Shown here in pieces: positions 27,157 to 36,732 of a stretch of DNA of 64,000 nt. The stretch is from contig JAVBLU010000007.1 of the NCBI GenBank assembly GCA_031553225.1, positions 4,300-68,299 of the forward strand, read 5' to 3'. The DNA comes from Eubacteriales bacterium (GTDB lineage Bacteria > Bacillota > Clostridia > Christensenellales > UBA1750). Position 1 is the stretch's first letter. Every line of letters starts with the position of its first letter. A model generated the notes under the pieces. It worked only from the letters and a program-made list of their open reading frames with translations, was not told where the DNA came from and did no database searches. A program made the translations under genes and the position numbers.

Positions 27157-28548
27157 TTGCTCGAGTTCAGCAAGCAGACCAATCTGCTGGAACAGGCAAA
27201 GTACAAATATCAGCTTCAGGACGTGGACGAGCCCAACCTGTACCGTGAGCTTTACGAGTACACGTCCATCCCCAAAATCCCCTTCAACCACCGCCTTGTG
27301 CCCATGAACATGGCGCAGAACATATATATAACCGACACCACCTTCCGCGACGGCCAGCAGAGCGTGTCGCCCTTCTCCGTGGAGCAGATCGTGACGCTGT
27401 ACAAGCTGCTGGCCGAGCTGGGCGGCCCCAAGGGCATCGTGCGCCAGAGCGAATTCTTCATCTATTCCGAAAAGGACCGCGAAGCGGTGCGCCGCTGCCA
27501 GGACCTGGGCCTTCCCTTCCCGGAGGTGACCAGCTGGATTCGCGCCGACGAGCGCGACTTTCAGCTCGTCAAATCCATGAACCTGCGCGAGACGGGCATT
27601 CTTGTGTCCTGCTCCGATTACCACATCTTCAAAAAAATGAAGATGAAGCGCTCCCAGGCCATGGACAAGTACCTGGGCATCGTCAAGTCCGCCCTGTCGC
27701 AGGGCATCGTTCCGCGCTGCCATTTCGAGGACATCACCCGCGCCGATTTTTACGGCTTTGTGGTGCCCTTCGCGACGGCTCTGATGGACCTTGCGCACGA
27801 ATCGGGCATCGCCATCAAGATTCGCGCGTGCGACACGCTCGGCTACGGCGTGTCCTTCCCGGGCGCGGCCATGCCCCGGTCCGTGCCGGGCATCATGTAC
27901 GGCCTGCGCCATTATGCCGAAGTGCCGGAGTACTGCCTTGAGTGGCACGGCCACAACGACTTCTACAAGGTGGTCACCAACGCTTCAACGGCCTGGCTGT
28001 ACGGCTGCTCCGCCGTGAACTGCGCCCTGCTGGGCATTGGCGAGCGCACAGGTAACTGCCCCCTGGAGGCCATGGCCATCGAGTACGCCTCCTTCCGCGG
28101 CACGAGCGACGGCATGGACTACACGGCCATCACCCGCATCGCCGAATACTTCGAGCGGGAGATCGGCATTCCCATTCCGCCCCGCACGCCTTTCGTAGGC
28201 CGCTCCTTCAATGCCACGCGGGCAGGCATCCACGCCGACGGCCTGCTGAAGGATGAGGAGATCTACAACATCTTCGACACGGGCGCCATACTAAACCGCC
28301 CCGCCACCGTGTCCGTGGACTCGCACTCCGGTTTGGCGGGCATCGCACACTGGGCAAACGGCTTTTACAAGCTGAAGGGCGAGCGTGCCCTAGACAAGCG
28401 CGCCGAGGTCATCCAGGGCGTAAAGGTGCTTGTGGACGCTTTGTACGAACAGGGCCGCAACACCGTAATGGGGGACGACGAGCTGGACTCCTTCGTGCGC
28501 GAGGTGGACCCGGACCTGCACCGCACGATCGCCCTTGGCGGCAAATAG
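27157..28548 (+). CDS. Re-citrate synthase (DRE-TIM family, often mis-annotated as 2-isopropylmalate synthase)
   Basis: DTTFRDGQQS, PEVTSWIRA, SCSDYHIFKK, RCHFEDITRADFYGFVVPF, KIRACDTLG and EWHGHNDFY match the clostridial Re-CS type as recalled. Confidence 0.85.
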   Translation: MLEFSKQTNLLEQAKYKYQLQDVDEPNLYRELYEYTSIPKIPFNHRLVPMNMAQNIYITDTTFRDGQQSVSPFSVEQIVTLYKLLAELGGPKGIVRQSEFFIYSEKDREAVRRCQDLGLPFPEVTSWIRADERDFQLVKSMNLRETGILVSCSDYHIFKKMKMKRSQAMDKYLGIVKSALSQGIVPRCHFEDITRADFYGFVVPFATALMDLAHESGIAIKIRACDTLGYGVSFPGAAMPRSVPGIMYGLRHYAEVPEYCLEWHGHNDFYKVVTNASTAWLYGCSAVNCALLGIGERTGNCPLEAMAIEYASFRGTSDGMDYTAITRIAEYFEREIGIPIPPRTPFVGRSFNATRAGIHADGLLKDEEIYNIFDTGAILNRPATVSVDSHSGLAGIAHWANGFYKLKGERALDKRAEVIQGVKVLVDALYEQGRNTVMGDDELDSFVREVDPDLHRTIALGGK

Positions 28549-28672
28549 GATTCGCGCGGAGGGCGCCTGGCAGCAGGCCCCTCCGCTGTGCATATCGCCC
28601 GAAAAGCGGACAAGCGCATGGAGTTTGCGTTTTAATGCGATGGGCCGGACAGGCTGAAGGGAGGGGGCGGCG

Positions 28673-29599
28673 ATGAGGCCCGAGCTATCGGTGGTCGTGC
28701 CCATGTACAACGAACAGGAGGTCATCGCACAGACGCACAAGCGGCTGGGCGAGGTGCTCACGCAGGCGGGCATCGACTTTGAGCTGGTGTTTGTGAACGA
28801 CGGCTCGCGGGACGACACCGCGGCCATCGTCCGCTCGCTGATGGCGGGCGACAAGCGGCTGCGGCTGATTGACTTTGCGCGCAACTTTGGGCAGGAGAGC
28901 GCCGTGTCGGCCGGGCTTGCATACGCGCGCGGGCAGGCGGTCGTGCTCATCGACGCGGACCTGCAGGACCCGCCCGAAGCCGTGCCCGAGATGATGAAGC
29001 TGTGGAAACAGGGCTTTGACGTGGTGTACGGCCAGCGCGCGGAGCGGCAGGGCGAATCGGCGTTCAAGCGGCTGTCGGCCTTTATGTTCTACAGGGTGCT
29101 CGACCGGCTGTCCGGGGTGCGTATCCCCAAAGACACCGGGCACTTCCGCCTGATGGACCGCAAGGTTGTGGACGTGATTAACCGCATGCCCGAGCACAAC
29201 CGCCTGATGCGCGGGATGGTCGCGTGGGTGGGCTTTCGGCAGACGCCCTACGTGTTCCGGAGGGAGGAGCGCTGGGCCGGAACGACCAAGTACACCCTCA
29301 AGAGCATGGTCAAGCTGGCCACGGACGGCATATTCAGCTTTTCCGGGGCGTTCCTGAAGCTTCCCGCGTGGCTGGGAGGCATCTTGCTTGCGTTCGGGGT
29401 GCTGCTTCTCATCGCCTGCGCGGTGTTTTCGTGGGGCGTGGGCGTCGCGGGCATCGCGGTTCAGTTGGCGCTTTGCGGCCTCGTGCTGGCCGTGCTCGGC
29501 CTGATGGGGCAGTATCTGCTGCGCGCGCTGGAGGAGGTGCGCGGGCGGCCGCTGTACATCGTGCGCACGGCCGAAGGGTTTGACGAAGAGACGGAATAA
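28673..29599 (+). CDS. GT2 glycosyltransferase (GtrB/YkoT-like polyprenol-phosphate glycosyltransferase)
   Basis: VVPMYNE, VNDGSRD, RNFGQE.A, IDADLQDPP and two C-terminal TM helices. Confidence 0.93.
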   Translation: MRPELSVVVPMYNEQEVIAQTHKRLGEVLTQAGIDFELVFVNDGSRDDTAAIVRSLMAGDKRLRLIDFARNFGQESAVSAGLAYARGQAVVLIDADLQDPPEAVPEMMKLWKQGFDVVYGQRAERQGESAFKRLSAFMFYRVLDRLSGVRIPKDTGHFRLMDRKVVDVINRMPEHNRLMRGMVAWVGFRQTPYVFRREERWAGTTKYTLKSMVKLATDGIFSFSGAFLKLPAWLGGILLAFGVLLLIACAVFSWGVGVAGIAVQLALCGLVLAVLGLMGQYLLRALEEVRGRPLYIVRTAEGFDEETE

Positions 29600-29643
29600 T
29601 CGGCCGCCCGCATGCAAACGCTGCAGGGTGTGTGAGGAGTTTG

Positions 29644-30765
29644 ATGCAGATGATCGATCCGCGTATGACCAAGCTGGCGGACACGCTTGTGACCTACTCG
29701 TGCAAGCTTTGCCCCGGCGAGCGCGTGCTCATTGAAAACACAGGCATAGAGAGCGACATGGTGGCCGAGCTGGTGCGCGCGGCGTACAGGGCCGGGGCGC
29801 AGCCCTTCGTATGGCTGCGCGACCCCAAGGTGCAACGCGCGCTGCTTATGGGCGCGCCCTGCGAACAGCTGGACCACATGGCCGAGCACGACGGCGCGTT
29901 CATGAAAACCATGCAGGCGTACATCGGCCTGCGCTCGCCGGACAACGCCTGCGAGAGCGCCGACGTGCCGGGCGCAAAACAGGACGAATACGCCCGGCGC
30001 TACGCAAAGCCCGTACACTCGCAAATACGCGTGCCGCAAACCAAGTGGGTGGTGCTGCGCTACCCCACCCCCTCCATGGCGCAGTCGGCCGGGCGGTCCA
30101 CGGAGGATTTCGAGCAGTTCTACTTCGACGTGTGCACGATGGATTACGCGGCCATGTCCCGCGCCATGGACCCGCTTGTGGCGCTTATGCAGCGCACGGA
30201 CAAGGTGCGCATCACCGCGCCGGGCACGGATTTGACCTTCTCCATCAAGGGGATACCGGCGGTGAAGTGCGACGGGCAGTGCAACATCCCCGACGGCGAG
30301 GTGTACACCGCCCCGGTTCGGGAAAGCGTGCAGGGCACGCTGCGCTACAACACGCCCACCGTGCACTCGGGGATAACGCACGAGGGCGTAACGCTGCGCT
30401 TTGAGCGCGGCAAAATCGTGGAGGCATCCTCCAGCAACACCGCCGAGTTGACCCGCGTGTTGGACACGGACGAGGGCAGCCGGTACGTGGGCGAGTTCGC
30501 CATCGGCGTGAACCCCTACATTCACCACGCCATGAAGGACACCCTTTTCGACGAGAAAATCGCCGGATCCTTCCATTTCACGCCGGGCAACTGCTACGAT
30601 GAAGCGCCCAACGGCAACAAATCCGCCATCCACTGGGACATGGTGCTCATCCAAACCCCGGCGTACGGCGGGGGCGAAATGTACTTCGACGGCGTGCTGG
30701 TCCGGCGGGACGGCCAGTTCGTTTTGCCTGAACTGCTCGGATTGAACCCCGACCAGCTGCGGTAA
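29644..30765 (+). CDS. M29 aminopeptidase (AmpS/PepS-like)
   Basis: GTDLTFS, NIPDGEVYTAP, GEFAIG, TLFDEKI.GSFH and SAIHWDMV. Confidence 0.93.
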   Translation: MQMIDPRMTKLADTLVTYSCKLCPGERVLIENTGIESDMVAELVRAAYRAGAQPFVWLRDPKVQRALLMGAPCEQLDHMAEHDGAFMKTMQAYIGLRSPDNACESADVPGAKQDEYARRYAKPVHSQIRVPQTKWVVLRYPTPSMAQSAGRSTEDFEQFYFDVCTMDYAAMSRAMDPLVALMQRTDKVRITAPGTDLTFSIKGIPAVKCDGQCNIPDGEVYTAPVRESVQGTLRYNTPTVHSGITHEGVTLRFERGKIVEASSSNTAELTRVLDTDEGSRYVGEFAIGVNPYIHHAMKDTLFDEKIAGSFHFTPGNCYDEAPNGNKSAIHWDMVLIQTPAYGGGEMYFDGVLVRRDGQFVLPELLGLNPDQLR

Positions 30766-30772
30766 GTTCTCA

Positions 30773-30790
30773 TTGTGAGAAATTTAACAA
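30773..30790. promoter_or_regulatory. Putative Rex operator upstream of gap
   Basis: TTGTGAG-AAAT-TTAACAA versus consensus TTGT(G/T)AA-N4-TT(A/C)ACAA. Confidence 0.6.
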
Positions 30791-30798
30791 TTGAGCCC

Positions 30799-30827
30799 TT
30801 GCCTTCGAGAATAAAAGAAGGTAGAAT
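30799..30827 (+). promoter_or_regulatory. sigmaA promoter of gap
   Basis: TTGCCT-17 nt-TAGAAT. Confidence 0.7.
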
Positions 30828-30857
30828 AGGCACGATGTTCTAATAGGTCCATACTAA

Positions 30858-31883
<1,026 letters not shown>

Positions 31884-31897
31884 CAGCTACAGCGCAT

Positions 31898-31925
31898 GGG
31901 CGCCCCTCCGGCCGGAGGGGCGCCC
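31898..31925. terminator. Perfect 28-bp palindrome after gap
   Basis: gggcgcccctccgg|ccggaggggcgccc. Confidence 0.65.
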
Positions 31926-32012
31926 GTTCTTACGCCGCCCAAAAAGGCGGCGCGCCCGTCCGGCGCCCGGCCGCGTTTTTTGCAAATGCCGCCGGGCGTG
32001 TGGAATTTGGGC

Positions 32013-32041
32013 TTGCACTTTCCCGCGCCATGCGCTATAAT
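32013..32041 (+). promoter_or_regulatory. sigmaA promoter of the tRNA
   Basis: TTGCAC-17 nt-TATAAT. Confidence 0.8.
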
Positions 32042-32059
32042 AACGCACGTGCCTTTCGC

Positions 32060-32136
32060 GGGGATGTAGCTCAGTTGGTTGGAGCGCTACGTTCACATCG
32101 TAGAAGTCGGGGGTTCGAGCCCCTCCATCCCCACCA
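32060..32136 (+). tRNA. tRNA-Val (anticodon CAC)
   Basis: GGGGATG/CATCCCC acceptor stem, GCTC/GAGC D-arm, CTACG-TTCACAT-CGTAG anticodon arm, TTCGA T-loop, discriminator A plus encoded CCA. Confidence 0.95.
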
Positions 32137-32462
32137 CGCGCAGCGCTGGGAGCCGTTTGGGTTCCCGGCGTTTTTGTCTGCCGCAAAGGTCCGCGTATCG
32201 GGGTATGCCCTCCCTTCGTTGCGTGGTTGATGGATCTTGTAACATCTGAGAGTGTTCAAGGCCGATTCGCGACCGCCCACCCCATTTATTGTGTTATTTT
32301 CGGGTAAAAAGCCGGGAAAAGCGAACAATGCGTTCAACCATGGCGGCCGTTGCATGGAAATTGCGACAAAAGTGTTGCAGCGGCTTGACACTGAAAGGCA
32401 ATTGTGGGAAAATAAGCTCAGACTTCATAGGAAGCACCAGAAAAAGAGAGGGGTCATTACCA

Positions 32463-33059
32463 ATGCGCAAATCGTACAAGCTGCTCAGTTGCTTGCTGGC
32501 TGCGGGCCTTCTGTTCGCGTTCCTCCTGCCCTCCGCCGGCGCTGTCGTCAACCTGTCCCTGGGCAACCTGGTCAACTCCAACGTGTACACGGCCACCGTC
32601 AGCGCCATGAGCGTTAAGGTTGGCGGCCAGGCCATCGATGCCGTGAAGCAGGAAGACGGTTCCTGGCTGTTCACGCTGCCCGCCGGCACCAACGCCGCCA
32701 AGCTGATCGTGAACCTGACCATGCCCGAGGGCACCGTGTCCAAGCCCTACTCCGGCACCCAGGTTGACCTGAGCAACGCCTTTACGTACGAGATCACCTC
32801 CCGCGACGGCCTGAAGAGCTCCGTGACGGTGAGCGCCGTCGTCGAGCCCGCGATTCCCGCCATCGTCACCACCACCAAGACGATCAGCTCCTACACCCGC
32901 GTGTACAAGAGCGCCGACCTCAAGGCCGTGCATATGGCCCACCTGCAAAAGGGCGACAAGGTCGAGCTGATCGAGGTCACCGGCGACTGGGCGAAGATCC
33001 TTTGGGAGAACACGGCCGATGTGACCCCCGGCTACGTTCCGGCCAAGCTGCTCAAATAA
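32463..33059 (+). CDS. Secreted protein with Ig/cadherin-like beta-sandwich and C-terminal SH3b domain
   Basis: Signal peptide ending SAGA; TLPAGT...LSNAFTYEITS sandwich; LQKGDKVELIEVTGDWAKI...GYVPAKLL SH3b; promoter TTGACA-17-GAAAAT upstream. Confidence 0.75.
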   Translation: MRKSYKLLSCLLAAGLLFAFLLPSAGAVVNLSLGNLVNSNVYTATVSAMSVKVGGQAIDAVKQEDGSWLFTLPAGTNAAKLIVNLTMPEGTVSKPYSGTQVDLSNAFTYEITSRDGLKSSVTVSAVVEPAIPAIVTTTKTISSYTRVYKSADLKAVHMAHLQKGDKVELIEVTGDWAKILWENTADVTPGYVPAKLLK

Positions 33060-33229
33060 CTCCTCTTTTTTGAGATTTGCGCCCCGCTTGCGGGGCGCTT
33101 TTTGTTGCGCCGTTTCCACTGCGGCGCACCCTCCTTTCGCCCGGGCCTTCGCATGGCCGGAGCCTCGCACGCCGGACCCGCCAATCCGCCGGTCAAGACC
33201 GCAAAGCGCAACGATGATTGCGTGGTCAT

Positions 33230-33259
33230 GCACATATCGGTTTTCATATCCATACGATA
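33230..33259 (+). promoter_or_regulatory. sigmaK-type (mother-cell sporulation) promoter
   Basis: GCACA-16 nt-CATACGATA matches the sigmaK consensus ACA-16-CATA---TA. Confidence 0.6.
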
Positions 33260-33292
33260 CACCGGAAGATATCTCAAGGAGGTCCCCATCCC

Positions 33293-34165
33293 ATGAGTTC
33301 TTGCGGTTGTGATGGCTCTCTCAATCGTTTTACGATGACATCCTGGTTTGGCGGCTTTGGCATGACCGGCTGGTCCGGATGCGGCTGCGGCGGCAACACG
33401 CTCGGCGCGCGCGCGGCTTGCTCGCACTGTGCGCCCAGCGTCAACAACTGTGTTCCCTTCCCCTTCCTGCCCCCCTTGGCGCCCACGGTCACCCAGCCGG
33501 CGTTCGGCCTCTCCTTCGCGGTAATCGACGAGCAGGGCCATGCGCTGATGGGCGCCGAATTCGCCCTGCTGGACCCCGCGACCCAGCAGGTGCGCTACAC
33601 CGCTGTCTCCAACCTGCAGGGCGTCGCCACCTTCAACAACATTACCCCCGGCCGCTACACCCTCGTGCAAACCCTGCCCGCCGGCGGCTTCGCGCCCGTG
33701 GAGGAGAGCTTTACGGTGGTTATGGGCCCGGGCGGTTACGCCGATGTGGACGGCCTGCCCGCCTCGCAGTTCCGCTTCCCCGCCAGCATGCCCGCCACGC
33801 GTTTCCAGCTGAAGTTTATGAAGACCGACAACCAAAGCGCGGGCCTGGGCGGCGCAACCTTCGGCCTGCGCAACCTGCAGAACGTGGACGTGGCCACGGC
33901 CGTGTCGGACGGCGCCGGCCTCGTCACCTTCAACAACCTGCCCTCCGGCACGTATACGCTGTATGAGCAGAGCGCGCCCGCCGGCTATACGCCCTCCGCA
34001 AGGACCTTCCCGGTGGAGGTGGACGCCACGGGCGCGGTGCACATCTACGGCCTGCGGCCCGCAGGCGCAGGCATTGGCGTTGGCATTCAGGACAGCTCCG
34101 TCGTCAACACGCCCATCGACCCGGGCCTTACCGAGCAAAGCGCCCGGCTGCGCGCCAGCCGCTAG
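33293..34165 (+). CDS. Cys/Gly-rich N-terminus plus two SpaA/Cna-B (prealbumin-like) domains, with no signal peptide or LPXTG
   Basis: GAEFAL...G.ATF.NI.PGRYTL.Q..PAGF and KTD...GATFGL...LPSGTYTLYEQSAPAGY repeats; RBS AAGGAGG. Confidence 0.8.
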   Translation: MSSCGCDGSLNRFTMTSWFGGFGMTGWSGCGCGGNTLGARAACSHCAPSVNNCVPFPFLPPLAPTVTQPAFGLSFAVIDEQGHALMGAEFALLDPATQQVRYTAVSNLQGVATFNNITPGRYTLVQTLPAGGFAPVEESFTVVMGPGGYADVDGLPASQFRFPASMPATRFQLKFMKTDNQSAGLGGATFGLRNLQNVDVATAVSDGAGLVTFNNLPSGTYTLYEQSAPAGYTPSARTFPVEVDATGAVHIYGLRPAGAGIGVGIQDSSVVNTPIDPGLTEQSARLRASR

Positions 34166-34384
34166 CCCAAACCGGCCGCATCCCTGCAGAGCCCGCCGGA
34201 TAGGCGGGCTCTGCGTGCCCAAGACAAACCAGCCCTGCAGTTGCCTGCGGCCATTTTGCATCGCGGCCCCGAAACGCAGAATTCTCATGCAACACCGCCT
34301 TGCGCGCCGCCGGTTTCCAGATGGAATATATCCCTACCCCTACCATCCTGCTTGACTTTCTCCCGTTCTATCCGATATAAATAA

Positions 34385-36571
34385 ATGATGAGATATGCGC
34401 CGGAGGGATGCAGTGTGCGGCACAACGGGGCGATGGCGGGGCGATGGTTGCCCGCACTCGCCCGTATGAGCGATCAGCGTCACCTGTCCGCCGTGCGCAA
34501 CGGCTTTGCCCGTCTGATGCCCCTGATGCTGGCAGGGGCATTCGCCGTGCTCATCAACCAGTTTCCTCTGCCGGCGTACCAGCGCCTGATGCTCGGGTTG
34601 TTTGGAGATAACTTCCAAATTTTTGGCAGGATCGTGTACAAGGCAACCTACAACGTGGTGTCCATGGCCGCAGTGCTCAGCGTCTGCGGGCAGCTGTGCG
34701 GCTGGTACAACGAACACCGGCGCATGAACATACACCAGCCCTCGGCCATGCTTACGGCCCTTGCGTGCTACATGTGCGTGTGCTACACGGCAGATGATTT
34801 CCTGTCGCTGGACGCCCTGGGCACCAAAGGGCTGCTGCCCGCCATCGTGGTCGCTTTGGTGGTGGCCGAATGCTGCGCGCTCATGTTCCGCCTCACCAAG
34901 CGCGGGCGGCAGGTCACCATCTTTACGCAGCAGCGCGGCGGGTTGGAGATGTCGGACACGCTGCACAACCTGTGGCCGAGCGTCGCCATCATCGCCCTGT
35001 TCGGGCTAGTGCGCTGCGCCTTAAACGCCATGCACCTGGGGCCGCTGCACGAGACGATATACCGCGCGCTCAGCACGCAGTTCGCCGGCCAGGCGAACAC
35101 GCTGGGCACGGCGCTCAAGTTCAACCTGGCGTCTCAGCTTTTGTGGACGATGGGCATTCACGGCAACAACGTGCTGGACGAGATCGTGAAGATGCTCTAC
35201 AACCCCGCCATGCAGGCCAACGTCAGCGACGTGGCGGCCGGGCTCGCGCCCACGCATCTCTTCACCAAAACATTCTTCGACACCTTTGTGTACATGGGCG
35301 GGTGCGGCTCCACGCTGTGCTATCTGCTGGCGGTCGCCATTACGCCCAAGGCGGACAAACATTTGGCGCGCCTGGCCGCGCCCCCTTCGCTGTTCAACAT
35401 CAACGAGCCCCTGATGTACGGCATCCCCATCGTGTGGAACCCCATCTACCTGCTGCCCTTCGTGCTGGCGCCAACGGCCATGGTGCTGCTCTCCGCGGGC
35501 GCGCTGAGCGCGGGGCTGGTGCCCTATACGCGCATGGAAGTGACGTGGGTTGCGCCGGTGTTCTTCTCCGGCGTAACGGCCACGGGTTCCGCGGCGGGCG
35601 CGCTGCTGCAGGCCGTGAACCTGGCGGTGGGCACGGCCATTTACCTGCCCTTTGTGCGCTTCGACGGGCGAGAGCGCGCGCGCCGCTTCCAGGCCTGCTT
35701 TGCCGACATGCTGCGCGCCATGGAGGACCGCGACCAAACCCCCGCGAGCGTGCTCTCGCGCCAGGACAGCACGGGCGAGATGGCCCGCGCGCTGGCCAAC
35801 GACCTTCTGTCGGCGCGCGCGGAGGAGTTCTTTTTGCTATACCAGCCGCAGGTGGACGCATCCACCGGCCGCATGCGCGCCGCCGAGGCGCTGCTGCGCT
35901 GGCAGCATCCGGTGCACGGCCTGGTTCCGCCGCTCGGGTTCATACCTCTGGCCGAGCACAACGGATCCATGGCGAGGATCGGCGCGCTGGTTGTGCAGAG
36001 CGCCTGCCGCGCGCGCGCGCAATGGGCCGCCGCGGGCATGGACGACGCCGTGTATGTGAGCGTGAACGTATCGGCCGTGCAGTTCCGCGATCCTGGCTTT
36101 AGCAGTCTTGTGCTGCTCACCTTGCAACAGAACCGGCTCTCCCCGCGGCAGCTTGAGCTGGAGGTGACCGAGTCCGTGGCCATGACCGCGGATGTCGCGA
36201 CCATGTCGAACCTGACGGGCCTGCATGAGGCCGGGGTGCGCATCGCCATCGACGATTTCGGCATGGGGTATTCCTCGCTCGTGTACATCAACCGCTTCCC
36301 CGTGGATACCCTGAAGGTGGACAAGGCCCTCTCGCGCGGGGCGATGACCAACGCGCAGAGCGTGGACATCGTGCGCGCCATCCTGTCCATGTGCGAATCG
36401 TTGAACATCCACGCCGTTGTGGAGTACGCCGAGACGGCGGAGCAGATCGCCCTGCTGCGCAGCATCGGATGTGACACCTTCCAGGGCTACTACTACTCCA
36501 AGCCCGTCGCTGTCGACGCCATTCCCCTCTTCGCCCGCGCCCGGCTCCCGGGCGGCGACGCCACGCGCTGA
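34385..36571 (+). CDS. PTS IIC (cellobiose/lactose-type) - EAL phosphodiesterase fusion
   Basis: AVRNGF...MP, GIHG, MGG.GSTL and LFNINEP.MYGIPIV.NP; then YQPQ, EALLRW, SVNVS, ELEVTES, DDFGMGYSS, KVDK and QGYYYSKP; start may be 34430. Confidence 0.9.
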   Translation: MMRYAPEGCSVRHNGAMAGRWLPALARMSDQRHLSAVRNGFARLMPLMLAGAFAVLINQFPLPAYQRLMLGLFGDNFQIFGRIVYKATYNVVSMAAVLSVCGQLCGWYNEHRRMNIHQPSAMLTALACYMCVCYTADDFLSLDALGTKGLLPAIVVALVVAECCALMFRLTKRGRQVTIFTQQRGGLEMSDTLHNLWPSVAIIALFGLVRCALNAMHLGPLHETIYRALSTQFAGQANTLGTALKFNLASQLLWTMGIHGNNVLDEIVKMLYNPAMQANVSDVAAGLAPTHLFTKTFFDTFVYMGGCGSTLCYLLAVAITPKADKHLARLAAPPSLFNINEPLMYGIPIVWNPIYLLPFVLAPTAMVLLSAGALSAGLVPYTRMEVTWVAPVFFSGVTATGSAAGALLQAVNLAVGTAIYLPFVRFDGRERARRFQACFADMLRAMEDRDQTPASVLSRQDSTGEMARALANDLLSARAEEFFLLYQPQVDASTGRMRAAEALLRWQHPVHGLVPPLGFIPLAEHNGSMARIGALVVQSACRARAQWAAAGMDDAVYVSVNVSAVQFRDPGFSSLVLLTLQQNRLSPRQLELEVTESVAMTADVATMSNLTGLHEAGVRIAIDDFGMGYSSLVYINRFPVDTLKVDKALSRGAMTNAQSVDIVRAILSMCESLNIHAVVEYAETAEQIALLRSIGCDTFQGYYYSKPVAVDAIPLFARARLPGGDATR

Positions 36572-36732
36572 GACGGCCCGTTCGTAGAAAAACGCCGCAC
36601 GCGCGCCGCCCCCGCGTCCCCTTTGCGCATCCCCCCACGCAGTTCACAAAGAGAAACGGGACAAGTCCTTATCGGCAACATGGCGAAGGATCTGCATGGC
36701 AGACCCTTCGCCGCTGCTCTTCACTGAACCCC

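Noticed and set aside
27157-28548. 2-isopropylmalate synthase (leuA)
   Set aside because: No C-terminal Leu regulatory domain, no leu operon context, and the motifs fit Re-citrate synthase better.
29131-29150. DTGHFR in place of the usual DTGDFR in the GT2 enzyme
   Set aside because: A single substitution outside the DxD core; it could be neutral or an error and gives no further signal.
32060-32460. tRNA-Val as the attachment site of an integrated element
   Set aside because: No integrase, no duplicated tRNA 3' end and no sustained compositional shift downstream.
32180-33230. c-di-GMP riboswitch upstream of the SH3 or pilin-domain genes
   Set aside because: An isolated GCAAAG-like word only; the GEMM two-stem architecture is absent.
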